DNA of 64,000 bases, from contig JAIBAP010000017.1 of assembly GCA_019695115.1 (NCBI GenBank), positions 8,416 to 72,415 of the forward strand, read 5' to 3'. The first letter of the stretch is position 1. Each line of letters begins with the position of its first letter. Shown here piece by piece: positions 38,761 to 46,375 of this stretch. The notes beneath the pieces are model-generated. The model saw only the letters and a list, made by a program, of their open reading frames with translations, had not been told where the DNA came from and searched no databases. This DNA is from Caldilineales bacterium. Lineage in GTDB: Bacteria > Chloroflexota > Anaerolineae > J102. Made by a program: the position numbers and the translations under genes.

Positions 38761-40725
38761 CTACGACACCAGCACGTAGCCAAAGCCCCGCACCGTGCGC
38801 AGAAACTGGACATCGCGGCGGGTGGGGTGCTGGAGTTTCTGGCGGAGCCGCCAGACCAGCACCCTGAGTGTATCCAGCGAGATCTGTTCGTCCAACGCCC
38901 ACATCGCCGACCGCAGCTGGTCGTGCAGGACGACCTGATCGGCATGTTCGGCCAGATAGACGAGCAGGCGGTACTCGTTGTGCGACAGCGTCAGCAACTC
39001 GTCGTTGACCCATGCTCGCTGCAAGGTGGTGTTGATGCGAATCGTACCTTCGCCGACGACCAGGAGATCGGAAGCAATCGGCGGCGAGGCGGCGGCGCCG
39101 TTATCGGCTGCGGGTGCACTCTCGGAGACCAGGCGATAGCGGGCCGGCTGACTCTCGTCTTTGACCGGCAACCACAATGCAAACGAAGTCGTCTGCCCGT
39201 CCCTTGTCGCCTCACTTTGTCTGATCTCGGTCGATAGCCGCCCCCCGTGTCCCTCGGCGATGAGCCGCGCCCTGGCCAGGCGGAATTCGGACACGCGTTC
39301 CTCGTCCGTCAACCGCACCGAGCGCAGCGATGACGCCGGCTCGCTGGCCCTTGCCTCCACACCGAAGCGGATGATCACCCACCGATCCCAGGTGTGTGCT
39401 CGCGCCAGCAACACCTGGCTGCGGGTGCGGGTCAGGGAGACATCGATCAAAACGCCGAGGGCTTCTTCCAGCAAGGTCGGATCGCCAACGATGGCGGGAA
39501 GTGGCTGCTTCAGCTCCAGGTCGAGGCGGACGCCGCGCAATCGGGCCAGGTCGCGCCACATGCCTACGATCTGCTCCATCGTCTCGGCCAGGTCGATGGG
39601 CATCCAGCGCATGTCGGTCAGCGCCGTTTCGATGTGCTGGATGCTTTCCACGTCCTTGATCAGCGAATGCACCTTGCGGGCGTTCTTGCGGATGGCATCG
39701 AGGGCATCGACAGACTGGGGGGCAGGCGCCGATTCGGCGGTGGTGCGCAGCCATTCGGCGTAGCCTTCGACCAGGGTAAGGGCCGAACGGATGTCGATCA
39801 CGATCAGATCGAGCAGGGCGCGACGCTCGCGATCCAGGCTGGTGAGGCGGTCGTGGGCCTTGCGCAACTCCTGCGCCTGCCTCTCCATCTGTTCCTGCAG
39901 CAGGGTCAGTTCGTTTCGTTGTTGGCGCAACGATTGCTCGGCCAACGCCTCGGCCTCCATCTGCCGCACCGCCAGGACGAGGCCGGTCTGGCCGGGGTGG
40001 GGCATGATCAGCACATCGCAGGGGCGCAGGTGGTCTTCGTCCAGCAGCAGACCGGGCAGCCGCCAGGGTGGCGCCACTGCCCGGGCGATGCTTTGCAGCT
40101 CGTCCTCCAACCCGGCCAGCGAGGGGAAGACATCGGCCACCGGCCAGCCCGCCAACGACCGCCGCCGGTACTCGACGAAATTCGAGGTGGCGGCCTTGAT
40201 CAGCAGTTGTTCATCCACGACGGCCATCATCAGCCCCAGACGCTCGCAGATAGTCAGCATGTCGTCGGTATCGAGGTCGAGGCTTGTGGGCGTGTGGTTC
40301 ATGGCCCAGGCCGTGGCTGAGGCCGTGGCTGAGGCCAGGCGGCTGGCGTTACGCCGGTGCATCTCTTGTTGGGCCGGCGCCATTGCGGCCGTGACGTCCA
40401 CTAGCGTGATCAGCAGGCCGGCCGGTTGTGTGTGTGCTTCGACGCGGATATCGAAGTAGCCGGGCGCCGCCGACGGGGCCAGGCGATGGACGACGCCGTG
40501 TAATTCCCAGGCCGGCGTGCGGCCCTGGGCCACGGCCAGGAGGGTCTCGTCGGCGCCGGCAAAGGCCGGCAGCACCTCGGCCAGGTGGATGCCCGGCTGG
40601 CGCCGCCCGACCACGGCCCAGAACCCCGCCGATGCCTCCTGCACCCGCAGGTCGTCGTCCACGAGGGCGTAAGCCGCGCCGGGCGAGGGCGGCGGCTGAT
40701 CGGGCCGGGAAGAGGAAGTGCTCAT
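38761..40725 (-). CDS. Transcriptional regulator: sensor domains plus histidine-kinase-like (His-less) core plus C-terminal OmpR/PhoB-type winged-helix DNA-binding domain
   Basis: C-terminal LTLSHNEYRLLVYL…LRTVRGFGYVL is a trans_reg_C domain. The central DHp/HATPase-like region lacks the phospho-His (…DIRSALTLVEGY…). Confidence 0.65.
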   Translation of the reverse strand: MSTSSSRPDQPPPSPGAAYALVDDDLRVQEASAGFWAVVGRRQPGIHLAEVLPAFAGADETLLAVAQGRTPAWELHGVVHRLAPSAAPGYFDIRVEAHTQPAGLLITLVDVTAAMAPAQQEMHRRNASRLASATASATAWAMNHTPTSLDLDTDDMLTICERLGLMMAVVDEQLLIKAATSNFVEYRRRSLAGWPVADVFPSLAGLEDELQSIARAVAPPWRLPGLLLDEDHLRPCDVLIMPHPGQTGLVLAVRQMEAEALAEQSLRQQRNELTLLQEQMERQAQELRKAHDRLTSLDRERRALLDLIVIDIRSALTLVEGYAEWLRTTAESAPAPQSVDALDAIRKNARKVHSLIKDVESIQHIETALTDMRWMPIDLAETMEQIVGMWRDLARLRGVRLDLELKQPLPAIVGDPTLLEEALGVLIDVSLTRTRSQVLLARAHTWDRWVIIRFGVEARASEPASSLRSVRLTDEERVSEFRLARARLIAEGHGGRLSTEIRQSEATRDGQTTSFALWLPVKDESQPARYRLVSESAPAADNGAAASPPIASDLLVVGEGTIRINTTLQRAWVNDELLTLSHNEYRLLVYLAEHADQVVLHDQLRSAMWALDEQISLDTLRVLVWRLRQKLQHPTRRDVQFLRTVRGFGYVLVS

Positions 40726-41240
40726 GCCTGAGGTGCAAGCAGCGACTGCGCCAGCGACTGGAAGGCCGCTTCGACCTGGGCGCCATTGAGGGCGCTGGTG
40801 AGGAAATAGGGCGCTTTCCAGCGGGCCGCCAATTCCTGCAGCCGGCGTTCGTAGGGCGCCGGGTCAGGCGCCAGATCGATCTTGTTGCAGGCGAAGACCA
40901 GGGCGGCGTGGCGGTTGATCTGGGTGAAGCTGGTGGCGTAGGTATTGAGGAGGCTGAAGGTGTCGGGGCGGAGCACATCGGCCACCAGCAGGGCGCCGGC
41001 GCCCCCGCGATAGTAGGACGCCTCCATCTGGCTGAAGGTCTCGCCGCCGGCCAGGTCCCACAACACCAGCACGACCCGCTTGCCCGCCGCGGCCAGCGTC
41101 ACCTCTTTGCGGCTGACGTGGACGCCGATCGTCGCCAGGTAGTCGGTCTCGAACTTGTTGTAGACATAACGCCGGGCAAGGCTGGTCTTGCCGACGGCAA
41201 AATCGCCCAGCAGACAGACCTTGCGTTGAATAACTTCCAT
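40722..41240 (-). CDS. Ras-like small GTPase (MglA/Roc-like)
   Basis: G1 GDFAVGKTS, G3 WDLAGGE, G4 NKID. ATG at rc 41238-41240 with RBS GGAGGT. Confidence 0.8.
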   Translation of the reverse strand: MEVIQRKVCLLGDFAVGKTSLARRYVYNKFETDYLATIGVHVSRKEVTLAAAGKRVVLVLWDLAGGETFSQMEASYYRGGAGALLVADVLRPDTFSLLNTYATSFTQINRHAALVFACNKIDLAPDPAPYERRLQELAARWKAPYFLTSALNGAQVEAAFQSLAQSLLAPQA

Positions 41241-41257
41241 CGCTGCGACCTCCAAGA

Positions 41258-42640
41258 TCAGGGGAGAATGGCCACCCATCGCGCCGGAACCCAACCATCA
41301 TAGTCGGCCGGGCCTGTGGGCGGATAGGCGATATGCACCCACGGCGGCCGGCGCTCGATGATGCGAACGATCTGGCCCAAGAACGCCACCCGTTGGCTGG
41401 GACGCTCGTCGGGATCGGGGATGCGGCGGAGATAGACATTGCCCACCATCCTGCCCAGGACAATCGCGGCCGTGGTCGTGGCGGCGATGGTGGGGCTGGG
41501 GGTGGGCGTGGGGGTTGGTGTGGGTGTGGTTGTGGGGCTGGCGGTGGGCGTGGGGGTGGCGGTGGGGGTGGGGCTGGGGGTGGAGGTTGGCGTCGCCGAG
41601 GGTGGGAGCGTGGGGGTGGCGGTGGGCGCCGTCAAGTAGAGCACGGCCGTTGGGGCCAGCGCCGCCATGACTCGCGGCGCCGCCCGGTAGGTCAGCCAGC
41701 CGCAACTGCAGAGCAGGGCCATGAAGACCAGCGCCAGGACGACCAGGCCGGTGGTCGGCGGCCGGGGCGGGCCGGCCTCGTGGCCGAGCAACAGCCTGTC
41801 GAGGGGCGGCGCCAGGAGTTCTTCGCTCCCTGGGTCGCCGCGGTAGTCGCGCACGACGGCCAGATGATTCATGTGCACGGCCGCCAGCGCCTCGCGCATG
41901 GTCTGGTAGATGTCGGCGGGCGGGATGCCGCGCCCGACCAGGGCCAGGTAGGTGTAGCGCCCTTCTTCCAGCAGGATCATCTGGTCGCTGTACTTGATCT
42001 CGTGCAGCGCCTCGTCTCCCTCCCCGCCCTGGAAACTCTCGCGGGCAAAACTGCGGATGGCCGTCAACAGCGCCGCCATCAGGTCGGCATCCTCCAGATC
42101 GGCCGCCAGGCTCCGTTGGGCCATGACCAGGCCGGTGTCGTTGTGAATGAGGAAGACGTGTCCGGTCTGCCAGGGCAAGGCTTCTCGCAGAGCCGCCGTC
42201 CCCTCATCCACCCCGCTCATCCGCGCCCGCAGGCGCTGCCAGGCCCCGCCCAGGCTGAAGGCGCGTTGCACGCGGCTGTCCACCTGTCGGGCCAGCGTCT
42301 GCAGGGCCTCGGCCAGGGCCCGCTGGATGGTGCGACCGATCACCGGCGTCAGGGCGGCGATGATCGATTCGCGCTGTTCCTGCACTTGTTTTTGCAGCGC
42401 CGCGGCCACCACCGGGCGGATGGCTTCGGCGAATTCGTCCGGGTTGGTGCGCGCGCGTTCGGCCAGAGCGCCGATCAACAGTGGCTCGATCAGCGCCACA
42501 AGATGGTCGGCGTCTTCGGATTGCGCCCGCACCTTGTCCAGCTCGGTGCGCAGCGCCTCCAGTTGTTTGCGGTCCTGCGTCAGCAGGATTTCGCGCAGCG
42601 CCTCCAGTTCACTGGCGAAGGCGACGGAACCGGTTGTCAT
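41258..42640 (-). CDS. Membrane protein with coiled-coil N-region, Roadblock/LC7 (MglB-like) domain, TM helix, Pro/Thr linker and SH3b-like C-terminus
   Basis: …GHVFLIHNDTGLVMAQRS…DADLMAALLTAIRSF…ILLEEGRYTYLALVGRG fits the roadblock fold. TM LVVLALVFMALL. PT linker. C-terminal …DYDGWVPARWVAIL. Confidence 0.5.
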   Translation of the reverse strand: MTTGSVAFASELEALREILLTQDRKQLEALRTELDKVRAQSEDADHLVALIEPLLIGALAERARTNPDEFAEAIRPVVAAALQKQVQEQRESIIAALTPVIGRTIQRALAEALQTLARQVDSRVQRAFSLGGAWQRLRARMSGVDEGTAALREALPWQTGHVFLIHNDTGLVMAQRSLAADLEDADLMAALLTAIRSFARESFQGGEGDEALHEIKYSDQMILLEEGRYTYLALVGRGIPPADIYQTMREALAAVHMNHLAVVRDYRGDPGSEELLAPPLDRLLLGHEAGPPRPPTTGLVVLALVFMALLCSCGWLTYRAAPRVMAALAPTAVLYLTAPTATPTLPPSATPTSTPSPTPTATPTPTASPTTTPTPTPTPTPSPTIAATTTAAIVLGRMVGNVYLRRIPDPDERPSQRVAFLGQIVRIIERRPPWVHIAYPPTGPADYDGWVPARWVAILP

Positions 42641-42672
42641 GGTCTTTTGCCCTGCCGGGGCCGGTGGCTACG

Positions 42673-43065
42673 CTATTTGCCGTCCCGTTTCAGCTGTTCG
42701 CCCATCTGGATTAGCATGGAAGCCAGGTCGAAACGCGTGGTCTTCTCGTAGGCCAGCTGGTCGAGCCGGGCCGTCACCGCCGACCGCAGTTCAGCGAGCC
42801 ACCGTTCCGTATCAGCGCGCAATTCCTGGAATTGCCTCTTCATCTCGGCCTGAGTCTGGCGGAAGTTCTCGGCGGTGCGGTCATCCAATGCCTGCATTTG
42901 CGCCTCGATCGCCGCCTGAGCGGTGGTCATTCGCTCCTCGTGCTCGGTGAAACGATGGTTGTATTCCTCCATATTACGGCCAAAGAGGATGTCACGGATC
43001 TTGAAGACATCGCTCATGGCGTCTACGACTGCCTCTTGCTGCGCCTGCGCATCTGTTTTTGCCAT
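42673..43065 (-). CDS. Small coiled-coil protein (first gene of the GTPase operon)
   Basis: ATG at rc 43065 (MAKTDAQAQQE). Heptad-rich about 130 aa. No enzyme motif. Confidence 0.4.
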   Translation of the reverse strand: MAKTDAQAQQEAVVDAMSDVFKIRDILFGRNMEEYNHRFTEHEERMTTAQAAIEAQMQALDDRTAENFRQTQAEMKRQFQELRADTERWLAELRSAVTARLDQLAYEKTTRFDLASMLIQMGEQLKRDGK

Positions 43066-43269
43066 CGAAGAAGACCTCCGGGAGAAAGAAGTTGGGGGAA
43101 AGAGATGAAAAGTTAGGAACAGAACCAGAACCATCTATTTGTCGGGGCGATAGTCAGCAATACTGACAATCAACCTTACATCGGGGGGTATCTTACTTCA
43201 ACCCCTGCCAGGTGTCAATGACGGCAGCGATCCCCGCCTCGTGGAGTCCGTGTTGCCCATGCTATACTG

Positions 43270-44538
43270 ATGGCGATGGTGCTCTTGCTCAACCCTCCCT
43301 CTCCAGCCGACGCCGTTGCCAACCGCGAGGGCGTGGCGGGTTTTGGCGCCCTCTCGACCGGCTTTGCCTACCCGCCCCAGACGCTGGCCGTGGTCGTCGC
43401 CGCCTGCCGCCAGGCCGGGTTGGGGGCGGCGGTGTTGGATGCAGTTGGTGAACGCCTTGATTGGGCGGCGACGGTCGCCCGGATTCAGGTCGCGGCGCCG
43501 GCGCTGTTGGCCGTTCTGTCCAGCCACACCACGCTGGCGGCCGACTGCGCCGCCCTGGGTGGGCTGCGCCATGCTTTCCCCGGCCTGCCCACGGTCGCCA
43601 TCGGCGCCGGCGCCCGTTTCGACGCCGATCGGCTGCTGGCGGCGGGGGCATCACACGTCCTGTTGGGCGACCCTGACCTGGCCCTGGCCCGGCTGGCCGC
43701 GGCGCCCCTGCCCCCGCCCGGCCCCGTGCGCGTGCGCGACCTGCTCCCCCACCAGCACAATCATGCCGGCCTGGTGCGCGACCCCGGCCTCTTGCCTCGC
43801 CCGGCCTGGGACGCCGTCCCCTGGTCACAGTACGGCTTCCTCACCCTTTCCACCGCCCGCGGCTGCGATGATGGCTGCACCTTCTGCGCCTATATGGCCG
43901 TGCAGGGGCGCTCGTTTCGACCCCGGCCGGCGGCCGAGGTGGTGGACGAGATGCTGTGGTTGCAAGACGTCTTTCATCCGCGCCGGATCATGGTGCGCGA
44001 CCTGGTTTTTGCCGCCGACCGCGACCGCGCTCTGACCATCGCCCGCCAGCTGGCCGCCGCTGGCTTTCGCACCGCCTGGGAATGCGAATCGCGGCCGGAA
44101 CATTTCGACCCGACGTTGCTCAAACAGATGGCGCAGGCCGGTTGTACAGTGATCAAGCTGGGGATCGAGACCACCGACCCCGAGCTGCTGGTCAAACTCG
44201 AACGCATCGCCGCCGTCCAGGAAGCCGCTCCCTACCTGGCCTATACCCGCCGCGTCATCGCTGACGCCCGCCGCTACGGCATTCGCACCCGCGTTTTCGT
44301 CCTCGCCGGGCTGCCCGGTCAGACGGCCGCACACACCGCCGCCACGGTCGCTTTCCTGCGCCAGGCCCGGCCCGATTTCGTCCACTCGCGCCCCTACACC
44401 TCCTTTCCCCATGTCCCCCTCGGCCCGGCCCCATCCTCGCCCGACCTGGACGAACAACTGCGCAGCCTCGAAGCCGTCGCCGCCGAATGCCAAACCCGCT
44501 CTGCTCGCCCTTCCCTCCTCCGCCGCTGGCTGAAATGA
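43270..44538 (+). CDS. B12-binding-domain radical SAM enzyme
   Basis: N-terminal cobalamin-binding-like Rossmann region (MVLLLNPP…VAIGAG…). Canonical CDDGCTFC (CX3CX2C). …IKLGIETT… glycine/ribose motif. Confidence 0.8.
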   Translation: MAMVLLLNPPSPADAVANREGVAGFGALSTGFAYPPQTLAVVVAACRQAGLGAAVLDAVGERLDWAATVARIQVAAPALLAVLSSHTTLAADCAALGGLRHAFPGLPTVAIGAGARFDADRLLAAGASHVLLGDPDLALARLAAAPLPPPGPVRVRDLLPHQHNHAGLVRDPGLLPRPAWDAVPWSQYGFLTLSTARGCDDGCTFCAYMAVQGRSFRPRPAAEVVDEMLWLQDVFHPRRIMVRDLVFAADRDRALTIARQLAAAGFRTAWECESRPEHFDPTLLKQMAQAGCTVIKLGIETTDPELLVKLERIAAVQEAAPYLAYTRRVIADARRYGIRTRVFVLAGLPGQTAAHTAATVAFLRQARPDFVHSRPYTSFPHVPLGPAPSSPDLDEQLRSLEAVAAECQTRSARPSLLRRWLK

Positions 44539-44600
44539 CACAAATGGGAGAAACACAGATAATACTTTTTATCTGTTTTATGCAACTGTTACGCAGATGA
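44535..44600 (+). CDS. Candidate 21-aa small ORF (MTQMGETQIILFICFMQLLRR) in AT-rich tandem element, copy 1
   Basis: ATG overlaps the rSAM stop (ATGA). Sequence is unusually AT-rich. Frame differs from copy 2 by one T in a T-run. Confidence 0.2.
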   Translation: MTQMGETQIILFICFMQLLRR

Positions 44601-44609
44601 TATGATAAT

Positions 44610-44687
44610 ATGACACAAATGGGAGAAACACAGATAATACTTTTATCTGCTTTATGCGACTGTTGCGCTGGTGATCTGGCTAAATGA
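44610..44687 (+). CDS. Candidate 25-aa small ORF (MTQMGETQIILLSALCDCCAGDLAK), copy 2
   Basis: Tandem duplicate of the previous element. Cys-rich C-terminus (CDCC). Confidence 0.25.
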   Translation: MTQMGETQIILLSALCDCCAGDLAK

Positions 44688-44695
44688 TAGCAATG

Positions 44696-44748
44696 GGAGA
44701 ATCTCCAATCTCCAATCTCCAATAACCAATAACCAATCTCCAATAACC
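44696..44748. repeat. CTCCAAT / AACCAAT heptamer array
   Basis: atctccaatctccaatctccaataaccaataaccaatctccaataacc. Confidence 0.6.
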
Positions 44749-44757
44749 ACCCCCCCC

Positions 44758-45891
44758 ATGCCCCACCTCCTCCCCAACCTCGTCCGCTTTGTCCGCTTGC
44801 TGCGCGGGGCCGGCATCGCGGTCACGCCGGCGCAGGCGGCCGACCTGGCCGCGGGGCTGAGCTATGTCGATGTCGAACGCCGCGAGGATGTGAAAAACGC
44901 GGCGCGGGCCGTGTTGGTCAGCCGGCGCGAGCAGATGGCGCTGTTCGACCTGGCCTTCGACCTTTTCTGGCGGGCAGACGCACAGCGCCCACCGGCCACG
45001 GCGGGCGACTGGCGGCGGTTGGAACAGCAACTGCGGTCGAACCGTCGTCCACTGGCCGGGCCGAGCCAGGCCGGGCTTCAAGCCATCGACCAGGAGCCGT
45101 TCGAGGCGGTGACGGGCGAATACAGCGCCATCGAAACCCTGCGCCACAAACGTTTCGACGACCTGATCGCCGATGAAATGGCCCTTGTCAACCGGCTGAT
45201 CCGGGCCATGCCCTGGCAGTTGCCCCCGCGCCGCACCCGGCGCCAATCCCCCGCCTCTCACGGCGCCCAGTTGGATTGGCGGCGAACGCTGCGCCGCAGT
45301 TGGCGTTTTGGCGGCGAAGCGATGACCCTGCGCTGGCGAAAACGGCAGACCAAGCCCCGACCTTTGGTCGTCCTCTGCGATGTCAGCGGTTCGATGGAGC
45401 GATACAGCCGGGTGCTGCTGCAATTCATCTACGCGGTGGGCCGCGGTCGCAGCCCCATCGAAGCCTTCGTTTTCAGCACCCGGCTCAGCCGCATCACCAC
45501 CCATCTCCGCCGCCAGAGTCTGAACCACGCCCTGGCTGCGGTGAGCGCCCAGGCCAGCGACATGGGCGGCGGCACCCAGATCGGACAGGCTCTGAAGAGC
45601 TTCAACCAGGCCTGGGCCAGGCGGGTGCTGGGCCGTGGGGCCATCGTCGTCCTCATCAGCGATGGCTGGGACAGAGGCGACCCGGAGGAAATGCGCCGCC
45701 AGATGGATCGCTTGCAACGCAGCAGCCACCGCCTCATCTGGCTCAACCCGCTCCTCGGCTCACCCGGCTACCAGCCCCTGACCAGGGGGATGCAGGCCGC
45801 CCTCCCCTTTGTCGATCACTTCCTGCCCATCCACAATCTGCACAGCCTGGAACAACTGGCCGCCCTCTTCGACGGCGACAACCTTCGCTGA
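44758..45891 (+). CDS. VWA-domain protein, CoxE family
   Basis: …PLVVLCDVSGSMERYSRVLLQF…GGGTQIGQAL…VVLISDGWDRGDPEE is a MIDAS-containing VWA domain of CoxE type. Confidence 0.8.
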   Translation: MPHLLPNLVRFVRLLRGAGIAVTPAQAADLAAGLSYVDVERREDVKNAARAVLVSRREQMALFDLAFDLFWRADAQRPPATAGDWRRLEQQLRSNRRPLAGPSQAGLQAIDQEPFEAVTGEYSAIETLRHKRFDDLIADEMALVNRLIRAMPWQLPPRRTRRQSPASHGAQLDWRRTLRRSWRFGGEAMTLRWRKRQTKPRPLVVLCDVSGSMERYSRVLLQFIYAVGRGRSPIEAFVFSTRLSRITTHLRRQSLNHALAAVSAQASDMGGGTQIGQALKSFNQAWARRVLGRGAIVVLISDGWDRGDPEEMRRQMDRLQRSSHRLIWLNPLLGSPGYQPLTRGMQAALPFVDHFLPIHNLHSLEQLAALFDGDNLR

Positions 45892-46062
45892 AGTTGCGTG
45901 TTGCGTGTTCCGTGATGCGTGTTGCGTGTTGCGTAGCGCCTGCGGCGCAAACGCCTCCCGGAACACGTAGCACGAACCCCGAACCCCGAAGCACGAAACA
46001 CGGAACACGTAGCACGAACCCCGAACCCCGAAGCACGGAACACGGAACACGGAACACTCCCC
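45892..46062. repeat. Palindromic GTGTTGC/GTGTTCC … GGAACAC heptamer array (171 bp)
   Basis: gttgcgtgttgcgtgttccgtgatgcgtgttgcgtgttgcgtagcgcctgcggcgcaaacgcctcccggaacacgtagcacgaaccccgaaccccgaagcacg… with repeated 30-bp subunits. Confidence 0.7.
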
Positions 46063-46063
46063 C

Positions 46064-46375
46064 ATGCACGATCTCCTCCCCACCATCACACGCTGGCAAA
46101 ATGAAGGCAAAGGCGTCGCCCTGGCCACCGTCGTCCAGGTCTACGGCTCGGCCCCGCGCCCGTTGGGGGCCAAGATGGCGGTCTCGTCATTGGGCGAGAT
46201 GGCCGGCTCGGTCAGCGGCGGCTGCGTCGAAGGCGCCGTCGCCCAGGAATCGTTGGCGGTCATCGCCCAGGGTCAGCCGCGTCTGCTTTCCTACGGCATC
46301 GCCGACGAGTGGGCCCAGGGCGTGGGCCTGGCCTGCGGCGGCGTGATCGAAGTCTTCGTGGAGCGCATTTCATGA
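46064..46375 (+). CDS. XdhC/CoxI-family protein, N-terminal domain only
   Basis: 103 aa matching the XdhC_CoxI N-domain (…GAKMAVSSLGEMAGSVSGGCVEG…). No Rossmann C-domain follows. Confidence 0.65.
   Translation: MHDLLPTITRWQNEGKGVALATVVQVYGSAPRPLGAKMAVSSLGEMAGSVSGGCVEGAVAQESLAVIAQGQPRLLSYGIADEWAQGVGLACGGVIEVFVERIS

Noticed and set aside
41450-41640. GT/GG-rich tandem repeats (also 13950-14110)
   Set aside because: These are the coding sequence of Pro/Thr-rich linkers in the roadblock-like protein and the large protease. Short antisense ORFs there (41439..41639, 13954..14169) are artifacts.
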